Virus record (IMG/VR): IMGVR_UViG_3300037063_000214 | Reading direction: 5' to 3' (one strand) | DNA: 64,000 nt | DNA from: a virus | In this document: piece by piece, positions 52,427-61,736 of the stretch | How positions within the stretch are numbered: the first letter of the stretch is position 1 | Layout: the number at the start of each line of letters is the position of its first letter | Position numbers and translations under genes: made by a program | The notes under the pieces: generated by a model | Told to the model about the DNA's origin: nothing | Databases searched by the model: none | The model's input: the letters and a program-made list of their open reading frames with translations, nothing else

Positions 52427-54343
52427 CTAGGCTTCGCATCCGCCAGCGGAGCAGGCCATTTCATGGGAAGCTGTAGTCATGTCTTCTTTTTCAAAATCTG
52501 GTAATTTCGACCAGTCGATTACCGGTTCTTTTTCTTTCAATTTCACATACTCAGCTTCGGTAATTTCAGTGAATGGGGCCTGACGGTAAATTCCGTTATC
52601 GTAGGGTAAAAAACTAACCCCACCAATAATATCGAAATGTTTGTAAATCCACGCCAATACATCCGTCCATTCAGATTCTCTTACATACACAGTGCAGCTA
52701 GGATTATGTTCAGTCCAATGAAGTTTGTAAGTTTTGTAAATTTCTAATTGTTCGATAGCATTACGATCATTCCTACATATACTAATATCTGGGGATTCTA
52801 AGGCGAAAAAGAAAAGATCAGAGTCTTGTGGTTTGTTCAATTCAGGTTCATACAACCAACCTATAGATTTCAAAAAAGTGTTTACTGGACTCTTAGCATC
52901 TTCTTGCGTACCTCGTTTAATCCAACGCGAGTAACGGCTATGGATGCCTGGGGAGCAGTTTACGAGTTGGGAGACTGTTCCAGATGGTTTGATGCAAGTA
53001 ATCGCCGTAGGGACGTTTATACCCAGCTTCCCAGCCCACTCTGTAGCGACCTCGATTGTGTATTCACGAAGTTCATCTAATAGTTTTGCTAGATCCGCGC
53101 CATTAGTGGACATCATCACATTGTCCATAATTCCTGTGAGACTCACCCCTAATAAACGCTCTTCTTCAGTATTTTTTTGCCACTCTTTGCGAAGATATCG
53201 GAAATCAGTTAAAGTAGATTGTAAGCAGCCGATGATTACAGCGATGCGAACTTTACGTTTAATGGTAGCTTTAGTATCGTGAGGTCTTATAACTACTTCG
53301 GATAGGTTACAAAATTGGTTAGGGCGTAAATTTATTTCACCACAGGGATTTGAACCAAAATTTATACCTTCCCATTTCCGGCGACCTGTTTTCTTTGCGC
53401 TATTGACGGCGGATACTCGATTAAAAATTCCCCGCTCTCCAGATTTTGATTCTATCAAAGTAAGAAACTCTCGAATAAAAATTTCTGGTTCTGGTTTTTC
53501 TGTGTATGCTACAGAATTGTTTGCTAGTCTACGCCAGGGAGCCCCTTGAGGGTTTTTCTCATCCCACCATTGACCGTTTTTGGCGTTACGCATACGCTCA
53601 TCTGAGAGATTGGAAAGAGACAACATAGCGCTACGTCGCACCCCTCCAACAACTACAATATCTGCGACCATACACATCAAATCGTGACATTCAATAGAAT
53701 TTAGTTTACGCCCCGCGGCTTTTTGGAAGAGATTAACGGAGAATTTGAAAAGACGATCTAAGGGTTCGGGACCACTGGACCTACCCCCCATGGTTTTTAA
53801 AAGTGATCCTGCTGGGCGAACAGCACTCATATCCCATGTGGGAATAGAGCCTGAATAAAGTAGACTAAGCAATTGTCGGAACGCATTCGACCAGCCAATT
53901 TTAGAATCACGCACTTTAATACAGGTATCTACTGGATAGAAATTTTCAGCAATAATAGGAAGTTGATTTACATACTGACGTTCAACAGAAAATCCTACAC
54001 CTGTACCGCACATACTGAGGTACATTGCTTCATCAAAAGCACGAGGATCATCTACAGCTAAATAGCTACAATTGAAACCCGCAGCATTGTCTTTGTCCAG
54101 AGCGGGACCTGCGGTCATCATCGCTCGCATTGATGGCATGACATCCATATGAAAAATAGCTTTCTCAATTTCAGCGGATGTTGCTTCACGATCGGATTTC
54201 GGAATACGATGAGCGAAATAAGTAATATATCGATTTACGGTTTCATCCCAATTTTCTCTTCGAGTTTTTTCTTCTAACCAGCGGGCGTAACGGGATTTAT
54301 GAATGAATGTAGAATACGGCGATAACTCAAATTTACTTACCAT
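52427..54343 (-). CDS. ribonucleotide reductase, probably class II (adenosylcobalamin-dependent)
   Basis: Active-site NPCGEI motif. C-terminal redox cysteine pair CSAGGCEA. No small subunit gene nearby. Confidence 0.7.
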   Translation of the reverse strand: MVSKFELSPYSTFIHKSRYARWLEEKTRRENWDETVNRYITYFAHRIPKSDREATSAEIEKAIFHMDVMPSMRAMMTAGPALDKDNAAGFNCSYLAVDDPRAFDEAMYLSMCGTGVGFSVERQYVNQLPIIAENFYPVDTCIKVRDSKIGWSNAFRQLLSLLYSGSIPTWDMSAVRPAGSLLKTMGGRSSGPEPLDRLFKFSVNLFQKAAGRKLNSIECHDLMCMVADIVVVGGVRRSAMLSLSNLSDERMRNAKNGQWWDEKNPQGAPWRRLANNSVAYTEKPEPEIFIREFLTLIESKSGERGIFNRVSAVNSAKKTGRRKWEGINFGSNPCGEINLRPNQFCNLSEVVIRPHDTKATIKRKVRIAVIIGCLQSTLTDFRYLRKEWQKNTEEERLLGVSLTGIMDNVMMSTNGADLAKLLDELREYTIEVATEWAGKLGINVPTAITCIKPSGTVSQLVNCSPGIHSRYSRWIKRGTQEDAKSPVNTFLKSIGWLYEPELNKPQDSDLFFFALESPDISICRNDRNAIEQLEIYKTYKLHWTEHNPSCTVYVRESEWTDVLAWIYKHFDIIGGVSFLPYDNGIYRQAPFTEITEAEYVKLKEKEPVIDWSKLPDFEKEDMTTASHEMACSAGGCEA

Positions 54344-54444
54344 GAAATACTTTCTCTCTTAGGAATGTTCTATGTGTTAATACTGAAGCGGTCATATATA
54401 CTTCGGGGATTGGGAAAAAATTTCACTAGTGATACAGAAAATTT

Positions 54445-55170
54445 TTATGGGGAAGGTGAAGATTTTCCATCGTCTGTGGAATTTCCATACACACAATCAC
54501 AAATAACTTTTTCATGAAGTCTAATAATATTACTTTTAGCGTTTGGGTAAGAAGATATTTCGTAAGTACCAGTCCCCTTACATGTAGCACAGTTCAATTT
54601 GACGAGAAAGGGAATAGTTCCGTTATTTACTCCGTGTCTATTTCTTATTTCCATACGCTCTTCATTATTCTTCGGCATACGAAGTATTTTTGGATGGGTT
54701 TGATCACCAGATGTGAATGATCCAAATAGTGGGTCTACTTCATATCTGTAATCTGGTGGTGTGTCAGCATCAAGCTTGGCCGCGTTCTTAAAAACAAACC
54801 CTGTAGTTAAAGTTCTTATATACCAAGAATTTTTCTTTACATCTAATTGATAGATAATACAATCACGAAGTCTTTCAGCGGAAAATTCTCCAACTTGTTC
54901 ATCCCAGTCTCGTAATCCTTTCAATTTAGTTTTTGGTAATTCTATAGTTACAGGATGGTTAGTACTATTATCACTATTATCTGAAACACTTTTCTGGGCG
55001 GCAATATTTGGATTAATTTTTATAGGAGCATTTGAGACCTTATTTCGCTTTTTTGACATTGACATTAATTCACGATCATGATTATGTCTCATTTCCTCTT
55101 GGTGTTTTGGTTCAAGATTATCCCATTCTTCTTTAGTCATTTTAGACCAGTATGGATTTGTTAATGACAT
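54445..55170 (-). CDS. hypothetical protein
   Basis: 241-aa ORF. Confidence 0.4.
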   Translation of the reverse strand: MSLTNPYWSKMTKEEWDNLEPKHQEEMRHNHDRELMSMSKKRNKVSNAPIKINPNIAAQKSVSDNSDNSTNHPVTIELPKTKLKGLRDWDEQVGEFSAERLRDCIIYQLDVKKNSWYIRTLTTGFVFKNAAKLDADTPPDYRYEVDPLFGSFTSGDQTHPKILRMPKNNEERMEIRNRHGVNNGTIPFLVKLNCATCKGTGTYEISSYPNAKSNIIRLHEKVICDCVYGNSTDDGKSSPSP

Positions 55171-55737
55171 TTATTTACCTACACCTTTAGATAAAGATTT
55201 ATTTTTACAGGTTAATACTACGGCAGTATTATCTCCTTCTAATTCTCCTTCTAGTATCCCTTCTCCTCTCTTCTCCTCTATGATCGGCAGAGATGCAAAT
55301 TTTCCCGTATTTACTTGCAAATTCCATAGCTTGGGATTTACGCGGGCGCTGCGTCCACGCATCCAGGACGCAGCGGGGAAGCAGCGTAGAGGTAACGCGG
55401 GCGCAACGCAGACGCTGCATGTAGGTTGCGGGGACGCAGCGTGGACGCTGCACGGACGCTGCGCCTGCGCAACCATTAAGTCAGGGTCTAGCCCAATAAT
55501 AGGGAAGAGATATCCCCATTTTTTCATCCAACTTTTAACCGATCTATAATCAACACCATTTGCCTGTTTAGCAAGATGACGAAGATCAGCATCAAGTTTT
55601 CCATCGCGTGCTTGAATAATTAGAAGATGGGTATACATTCCCCTATCATTCATATTCATACACTGGACATCTTTACTAGATAACCAACCATCTATATCGA
55701 ATTTAAACCAACTCCATCCGGGCAAAATTTCACTCAT
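55171..55737 (-). CDS. DUF1376-like (YdaU-like) phage replication-associated protein; the reading frame passes through a GC-rich repeat cluster
   Basis: N-terminus WSWFKFDIDGWLSS...RGMYTHLLI fits the DUF1376 pattern. The C-terminal half is low-complexity, encoded by the 55300-55470 repeats. Confidence 0.35.
   Translation of the reverse strand: MSEILPGWSWFKFDIDGWLSSKDVQCMNMNDRGMYTHLLIIQARDGKLDADLRHLAKQANGVDYRSVKSWMKKWGYLFPIIGLDPDLMVAQAQRPCSVHAASPQPTCSVCVAPALPLRCFPAASWMRGRSARVNPKLWNLQVNTGKFASLPIIEEKRGEGILEGELEGDNTAVVLTCKNKSLSKGVGK
55300..55470. repeat. GC-rich cluster of direct and inverted GGACGCAGCG / CGCTGCGTCC-type repeats
   Basis: ACGCGGGCGC x2, GACGCAGCG x2-3, GACGCTGC x3 plus reverse complements. 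Local GC about 65% against about 43% background. Confidence 0.6.
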
Positions 55738-58640
55738 AATTGATCCACCTGTTCCAAATGTACAGGAGCTGAAGATTCAGCTGCTGCTACTTTATAAGAT
55801 CGTTCACGTTTCGATTGCATCATATAATTAGAATCTTTATCTACTTCAAACTCTAATTCCCAATCTCTACCACCCTCACGATCTCTACCTCTCACCATCA
55901 AACCCACATCTCCATTTTTTGTTAATGTGGCAATACCTATACATAAATCACATTTTTGAATGATAGTAGTGAGGGTTTGAATGTTGCTATCTCGACGTAA
56001 CACAGATGCGATAGCATCATCAAACCTATCCGGTCCTACATTCTTTTCCTGTAACCCTTGAATTTCTCTAGCCGCATCTGACTTATATTGGGCGGTAATA
56101 AATACTGCGCAACCTCTTCCACCAAAAGCATTACGACTAAAACGTAATAATCTTTCAATAACTTCTGATTTACGATCCCAGATACTTTGTCCATCACGAT
56201 TACTATCTCCACCTACGGGCATAACTGTATCAATAGGGTCAATTACGATGTAAGTCCATTGATACTTAGACCATGTAGCTTCTGCATAAGCAAGTAACGC
56301 CCCCACCTTATCGTCATCTCCCCGAGAGAGAGCATCAATATTTTGAGGTTCTAAATGCCCAGGTACAATTTTACCTAGACGGAGCTTAGTTAGTAAGGTT
56401 TTAACATGACCAAAATCTTCTTCTGTGGCGGTTCGTTTCAATCCTTCCCAATTATTTAATCCTGGGATATGACCTATTTCTTCATCATCTCTAAAGAAAT
56501 GAGAAAGTTGAAGAGTTAATTTTTTAAGAAGCTTAGGTTTCTGGTGTTCACCAGCAAAAAATAATCCATGGTGTCCTTGTATAGCTAAATTAAGTGCTAT
56601 GGAAAGAACAGCTGTGGTTTTTCGGTTATTTGATGGTCCACATAGACATATGTAACGATCTCCATCTAAACCAATATTTGCTCCAGAATTATCAATAATT
56701 GGGAAACCTAGCATCATTTTCCGGCTATCATCATCTCCTCTAAGATCGCGTTCAAAATCAGCTAAGATAGATTCAGTGTTTTCCTGCCAAGAACCTTGTT
56801 CGAAGGTTGTATCCTGTGCTGTACTTATATTCCAATGTTTTCTTAAAGCTTTTCTCGCCCCTTGTATATCACCTTCGGTAAATAAGAAATGATTGTAAGC
56901 TGCACGCCATGCTTTATATTCATGGCGTAAATCTAGTTTTTTAAGGAATTGTTGTGCTGTATGGTCAAAAGTACTTATCGGACGGTCTGGTAAGTTATTA
57001 ACAAAATGTATAACCTCATCCTTAAATTTGTTATTTTTAACCGTAGGATCATCATTTACTTGAATAAAGTATGTTAAAGCTTCTTTATCTGGAAGTTTTT
57101 GATGAACATCTATAAATTTTAATAGCATAGACATGGTGTCACCTATAGGCATTCCTAATGTAGGCACACCCACCTCACCTAACCCCACTTTTTTTGGTGT
57201 TTTATTGTTAAATCCTAATTTATCTTTTACTCGTTTAACATAAAAAATAAAGCCATCTTCCCATACTTCTGCGGGATGGTGTAATATAATGCTTAGAAGA
57301 TCTGTTGCTTGTTGGTTACACTCTATATCCAAAGCATCACGAGTAGTAGATTTTTCCTCCACTTTATCGGATGGACTATCTTCCATGACTTTATCCATTT
57401 GAATTTCTTGAGCTTGTTCGATAGATGTTTCTGTTTTTTCTAAAACATCAGCGAACTCCAAAATAAATTCTTCTAATCCATCATCTTTAAAAATAGGACC
57501 CAGGTAAGGCTTGTATTTTTGTTTGCCATTTTCATCCAAGGTCTCTCGTAAAATCTTAAAAATTGTTCCGATAGTGACATCAGGACAATCATCGGAGAAG
57601 CAGTGATAACCAAAGCTGTCCCCTACTACAAACCCGCTGTAAGTAGACCCTGTATGCCGATGCCCAGCATTTAAACAGGTATCGGTAACCATGATGTGTA
57701 ATCCACTGGTATCACGCTCTTCTTCAATAGAGAAAGCACCTTGATCTTCGTACCACTTGATCCAATCCGCAGGGTCAAATTTAGGGTCCAATTCAGGAAT
57801 ATCATTAGTTCGACGGCTGGATATTGGAATTTCGCTACCTAAGGAAATGATTTTTTCCAGGGGGACTTCTTCAATCGGACTACTGGGTTCTACAAGTTTG
57901 TTATAGCGGAAAAGTCGTTCAGGGGTATTGGTACCCTTGCGCGTAGTACTACCATAGGCTCTAGTTAAACGAGCAGGATTGAATACAGCGTCATCGATAT
58001 GGGCTGCCTCACAATTGAATTTTTTTGATAACACTTTCAAGCAATCCAGCAACATGTGAGTGTTGGATATCATATTTAGCATTTTTATTTTTGCTAGAAT
58101 ATGGAAACCGTTGCCGGAATCTCCAAATATAGGATTGGGCCATTGTTTTTCATCCAAGAAAGCGAGTACACTTTTCGCTACACCACATGCTGCTGCTTTT
58201 TCTTTTTTGGTAGAGCTTTCATGCTCCATTCCCTTGGCACGTACAGTATCAACATCTATAAATAACCAATTAAGAGAATCTACATCTTCATTTCCGGTGA
58301 GATGTTGTGAGGGGCCAGTTAAAATGGATTCAACTTGAATGTCTGTGGGGTTGTCTACTAATAACCCACCTTTACCTTTAACGCATATTTTACAAGTACA
58401 TTTCGCTCTTTCTACTAATAGATTCGCTTTTACTGGATTGATGACATAATAAATTGAAGTAACACGAGGGTCTTGATCCAGTTGATTTACAACATCCGCT
58501 AAGCGACCATGATCGGTGAAATAAAATCCACGCCAAGGACCAGAGGTGAGACGAACACGACATTCAACGAGTTGATGGGGTTGAAAAAGTAATTTAACGC
58601 CTAATTGGATATTAGCGAATTGCGATTTGTTAGTAGACAA
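55734..58640 (-). CDS. primase-polymerase (AEP / PrimPol) fused to a P-loop (DnaB/SF4-like) helicase
   Basis: AEP motifs (YYVINP, FIDVDTV, GNGFHIL). C-terminal Walker A (LCGPSNNRKTT) and Walker B-like (YIVIDPID). Confidence 0.75.
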   Translation of the reverse strand: MSTNKSQFANIQLGVKLLFQPHQLVECRVRLTSGPWRGFYFTDHGRLADVVNQLDQDPRVTSIYYVINPVKANLLVERAKCTCKICVKGKGGLLVDNPTDIQVESILTGPSQHLTGNEDVDSLNWLFIDVDTVRAKGMEHESSTKKEKAAACGVAKSVLAFLDEKQWPNPIFGDSGNGFHILAKIKMLNMISNTHMLLDCLKVLSKKFNCEAAHIDDAVFNPARLTRAYGSTTRKGTNTPERLFRYNKLVEPSSPIEEVPLEKIISLGSEIPISSRRTNDIPELDPKFDPADWIKWYEDQGAFSIEEERDTSGLHIMVTDTCLNAGHRHTGSTYSGFVVGDSFGYHCFSDDCPDVTIGTIFKILRETLDENGKQKYKPYLGPIFKDDGLEEFILEFADVLEKTETSIEQAQEIQMDKVMEDSPSDKVEEKSTTRDALDIECNQQATDLLSIILHHPAEVWEDGFIFYVKRVKDKLGFNNKTPKKVGLGEVGVPTLGMPIGDTMSMLLKFIDVHQKLPDKEALTYFIQVNDDPTVKNNKFKDEVIHFVNNLPDRPISTFDHTAQQFLKKLDLRHEYKAWRAAYNHFLFTEGDIQGARKALRKHWNISTAQDTTFEQGSWQENTESILADFERDLRGDDDSRKMMLGFPIIDNSGANIGLDGDRYICLCGPSNNRKTTAVLSIALNLAIQGHHGLFFAGEHQKPKLLKKLTLQLSHFFRDDEEIGHIPGLNNWEGLKRTATEEDFGHVKTLLTKLRLGKIVPGHLEPQNIDALSRGDDDKVGALLAYAEATWSKYQWTYIVIDPIDTVMPVGGDSNRDGQSIWDRKSEVIERLLRFSRNAFGGRGCAVFITAQYKSDAAREIQGLQEKNVGPDRFDDAIASVLRRDSNIQTLTTIIQKCDLCIGIATLTKNGDVGLMVRGRDREGGRDWELEFEVDKDSNYMMQSKRERSYKVAAAESSAPVHLEQVDQL

Positions 58641-58722
58641 AATTTCTCCTCAAATCGAGGGGGCATCAGTTGAGGTCTGATGCCCTACCTCAGAACAAAT
58701 CTCGCGGAGCAACCCGGAGACC

Positions 58723-59289
58723 ATGCTACTATTTTCAATACTGCACCCTTCGAGATTTCTTCGTATTTACTATGATAGTGATTTTGGGTATTGGGACTAT
58801 GAGCATCAAAATTGCATGAGTACAATGAAAATTTCGTTGTTGAAGTACGAATTTATTTTTCGTTTGTTGTCCTGGCGAGAAGAGCTTAGTATGAAATTTC
58901 CACCGAAACAAGATAAGCGGCGTGTTCAATTGGCCTACGCTTTGGATGAAATATCGGGTCTCAAAGTTAATACTCCAGAAGAAGGCTTGAAAGTGATGAA
59001 TGCTATACCTTTATCAGTAATCCACAGAGTTTTCATTTTATATCGGGCCGCCTTCCTGGAACCGCGGGTTTTTACAACCATAGGATTGTACAAAGCACCG
59101 GAACCTAATAAATTAGTACGTACGTTTGAGAAAGTAGAAGAGGAACGCGAGCAAATAATGGACAAAGTTGAGAGAGAAATGGAGACAAAATTTGGGCGTA
59201 AAGAATTGGAAGAACAACGTGCTCTGGAGCGAGAGGTTCTCAAAAAATCAGGAATGAGGGGCGCTGTAAAGGCAACCGAGGATAAATAA
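58723..59289 (+). CDS. hypothetical protein (first gene of the plus-strand block)
   Basis: 188-aa ORF. Confidence 0.4.
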   Translation: MLLFSILHPSRFLRIYYDSDFGYWDYEHQNCMSTMKISLLKYEFIFRLLSWREELSMKFPPKQDKRRVQLAYALDEISGLKVNTPEEGLKVMNAIPLSVIHRVFILYRAAFLEPRVFTTIGLYKAPEPNKLVRTFEKVEEEREQIMDKVEREMETKFGRKELEEQRALEREVLKKSGMRGAVKATEDK

Positions 59290-60375
59290 ATGCAGATAAG
59301 CCACGGTAGTCAAAATTCGATGGGCATGGAATTAATGCGTCGAATCGCTGACGGGGATTTGAAAAAAGCTCCCGCTGAGATTGTCGAAAAAGTAAAGCGA
59401 GAAATTACCGATAATTGTGAGGAATTGATTGAAATCGGGGCTCGTATTCGTCCCTTAATGAGCGGGGATAAACAAATCGGCTGGGTGCGTGGTATACACA
59501 CCCAAGAACGCCGAATACTTAAGCGCTGGGTACGAGAACCTAATGATTACATTGCTTTAACCCTACTCCATGCGACTTCCCTCAACAAAGAAGAAATCGA
59601 ATCTATGCAAGGATTTGAAATTCGAAGTTTGACAGAAGTCATACGCCAAATGAGCAATTATGATGTTTCTCTTTTCCCCTATTTGAATGCCTATGTTACA
59701 ACCCAATCATCGGAAACCTTGTGGTATGGGAAGGGAGAGCGATTGGCATCCTTCGAAAATAAAATCATCACTCTTCCGGATAGTAAAATCATCAATCTTA
59801 TGGCACCCCCCGATCATTCCAGTATGTGGGTAACTCTTTGCAATTACAGGGAACAGGCAAAAAAGCGCTTAGAAGAAAATATGAACGCTTTATTTATTGT
59901 CCGTCCATGGGCTGGGAAGAGCGCTGACCCTATAGCCAACGAATTAAAAGGGGTCGCCAGGTCGTTAGAGACGAACTCAGACGAGCTATGGGAGAAAGTT
60001 GTCAGTGTACCCAAGGAAGTGAACAAGAATGACGGCTGGGGGCATGTAGGCGACAGTGTGGAAGATTTAATGCGGGAAATGAAAGGTATGATGGAAGGAG
60101 ATAAACATGAAAAAGTCATAGAAGCATGGCAAAGTCAAATGATTGATGAAGCAGAAGCCAAGAAGCAGGAGATTGAGAAGATTCGCAAGGATAGGGGCAT
60201 TACCGCAGCGGGAATAAATTTTGAAACAACGGTGATTATGACGGATCAACAAGTCCGAGAGCGTCAACAAGCATTACGAGAAGGGAGATCGCCAAATCCC
60301 CCACCCTCGAAAAGAGAAAATTTTGAACAGGATGCTACTAACGGAATGCTGAGTAAGCTTAGGTCGTACCGCTAA
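59290..60375 (+). CDS. hypothetical protein
   Basis: 361-aa ORF starting immediately after the previous stop. Confidence 0.45.
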   Translation: MQISHGSQNSMGMELMRRIADGDLKKAPAEIVEKVKREITDNCEELIEIGARIRPLMSGDKQIGWVRGIHTQERRILKRWVREPNDYIALTLLHATSLNKEEIESMQGFEIRSLTEVIRQMSNYDVSLFPYLNAYVTTQSSETLWYGKGERLASFENKIITLPDSKIINLMAPPDHSSMWVTLCNYREQAKKRLEENMNALFIVRPWAGKSADPIANELKGVARSLETNSDELWEKVVSVPKEVNKNDGWGHVGDSVEDLMREMKGMMEGDKHEKVIEAWQSQMIDEAEAKKQEIEKIRKDRGITAAGINFETTVIMTDQQVRERQQALREGRSPNPPPSKRENFEQDATNGMLSKLRSYR

Positions 60376-60986
60376 TCAATCCAAGGTTTTGGGGTGTAGC
60401 CATGTTTAATAGCCCAGTTCCATGCTTCGCTACCTTCTCGAAACTCCCCTCCATTTTCCGCCATAAATTTCATATCGTTATCCCATTCTCGATTTTTTAG
60501 CCAGTTGTGCCAAGGGTCTCGAAGTATCCAACCTAAAAATACAGGGGAGAAAGCAGCAAAAGGAGCGGCAGCAAACCATAATATCCACCCGATGGTATCG
60601 CCAGTCTTTGGGAAATGAAATACCCACACAAAAAGAAATTCAAAAAAAGCGGATAAAAGGAGACCAGCAATCATCCAGCCACACGCAATAAACATACCCT
60701 TGAAACTGCGATGATATGGCGAACCATCAGCGGTAAGGCGCTGGTGCCGACTACACATGCGCGTGATGACCATCCAAAAACTGGCAACAAGGGGTCCAAA
60801 CAACAAGTAAACGAAGGCTAAACCACCCAACAAATCGCCGTCGGAGGTCACTGCTAAGGCAATTATTGGAACCACGATGTATAACACAGGGGCAATCAGC
60901 AGGAGACTAAATATCAGCAACTGCTCAAGTATAATTCGAATAAGTGTTTTCATCTTCCCTCCACTCTTAGTATACATCAAAAACAC
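60372..60986 (-). CDS. polytopic membrane protein
   Basis: Multiple TM helices. Confidence 0.45.
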   Translation of the reverse strand: MFLMYTKSGGKMKTLIRIILEQLLIFSLLLIAPVLYIVVPIIALAVTSDGDLLGGLAFVYLLFGPLVASFWMVITRMCSRHQRLTADGSPYHRSFKGMFIACGWMIAGLLLSAFFEFLFVWVFHFPKTGDTIGWILWFAAAPFAAFSPVFLGWILRDPWHNWLKNREWDNDMKFMAENGGEFREGSEAWNWAIKHGYTPKPWID

Positions 60987-61061
60987 TGGTTTTGGCTAAT
61001 TGTAAAGACCATATTTTCAACATTTTAGAGATAATTTTCAAATAAAGAGTATTAACCGTTA

Positions 61062-61736
61062 GTGATTTCGGCTTTTTTAACTGCAACCCCACTTAACAGG
61101 AGCTTTATGGATAATGTAGAAAGAGCACAAAGTGAATTACAAGAAATAGCCCCACCAACCCCAGAGATTGAGAAACCTAAATCCTTGGATGATGTAATCG
61201 CAGGACTTCGGGGATTTGGTCTAGAGGATTTTGAAGAAATTCTCACTGTCAAAAGTGGAAGCCATATTCTACAATTAAAAATTTCAAACATCCCAACATC
61301 AGATGAAATGTTGGCTATCCAAGCAGCGGATGAATTTAAAGGCTATCTTTGGATTAAACGAGTCAAGGTAGAACTTCTTTCTCGATCCATTTCTTGGATT
61401 AATGGAATAAACCTTCGTAACCTTCCCCTAGACCAAAGATTTGTCTCCGACCCCACAGATAAGAGTCTATCAAAAGATTATTTAGTAGTGCTGCGAAACA
61501 TCATCATGGGTTGGGGGCAAGAAGTTGTAGAAACTCTTTGGAAAGTAGTAATGAATCATTCCCAAAATGTTGAAGATCGCTTGAAGGAGCAGTTCCCTAA
61601 TACCGCAATCATGACGGAAGCAGAAGCGCGTTTGATTGAGCGAGCCAAGAAACAAATGGATGATATACAAAAAGTTATTCTAGAAGATCAAGTCTCAGAC
61701 TTATATAAAGAAGAAGAAAAGGAAAAAACTAACTAA
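61062..61736 (+). CDS. hypothetical protein
   Basis: 224-aa ORF. Confidence 0.45.
   Translation: MISAFLTATPLNRSFMDNVERAQSELQEIAPPTPEIEKPKSLDDVIAGLRGFGLEDFEEILTVKSGSHILQLKISNIPTSDEMLAIQAADEFKGYLWIKRVKVELLSRSISWINGINLRNLPLDQRFVSDPTDKSLSKDYLVVLRNIIMGWGQEVVETLWKVVMNHSQNVEDRLKEQFPNTAIMTEAEARLIERAKKQMDDIQKVILEDQVSDLYKEEEKEKTN

Noticed and set aside
55229-55549. Overlapping ORFs 55229-55453 (-) and 55280-55549 (+) with Arg-rich low-complexity translations
   Set aside because: Generated by the GC-rich repeat cluster. These are repeat-driven open frames, not genes.
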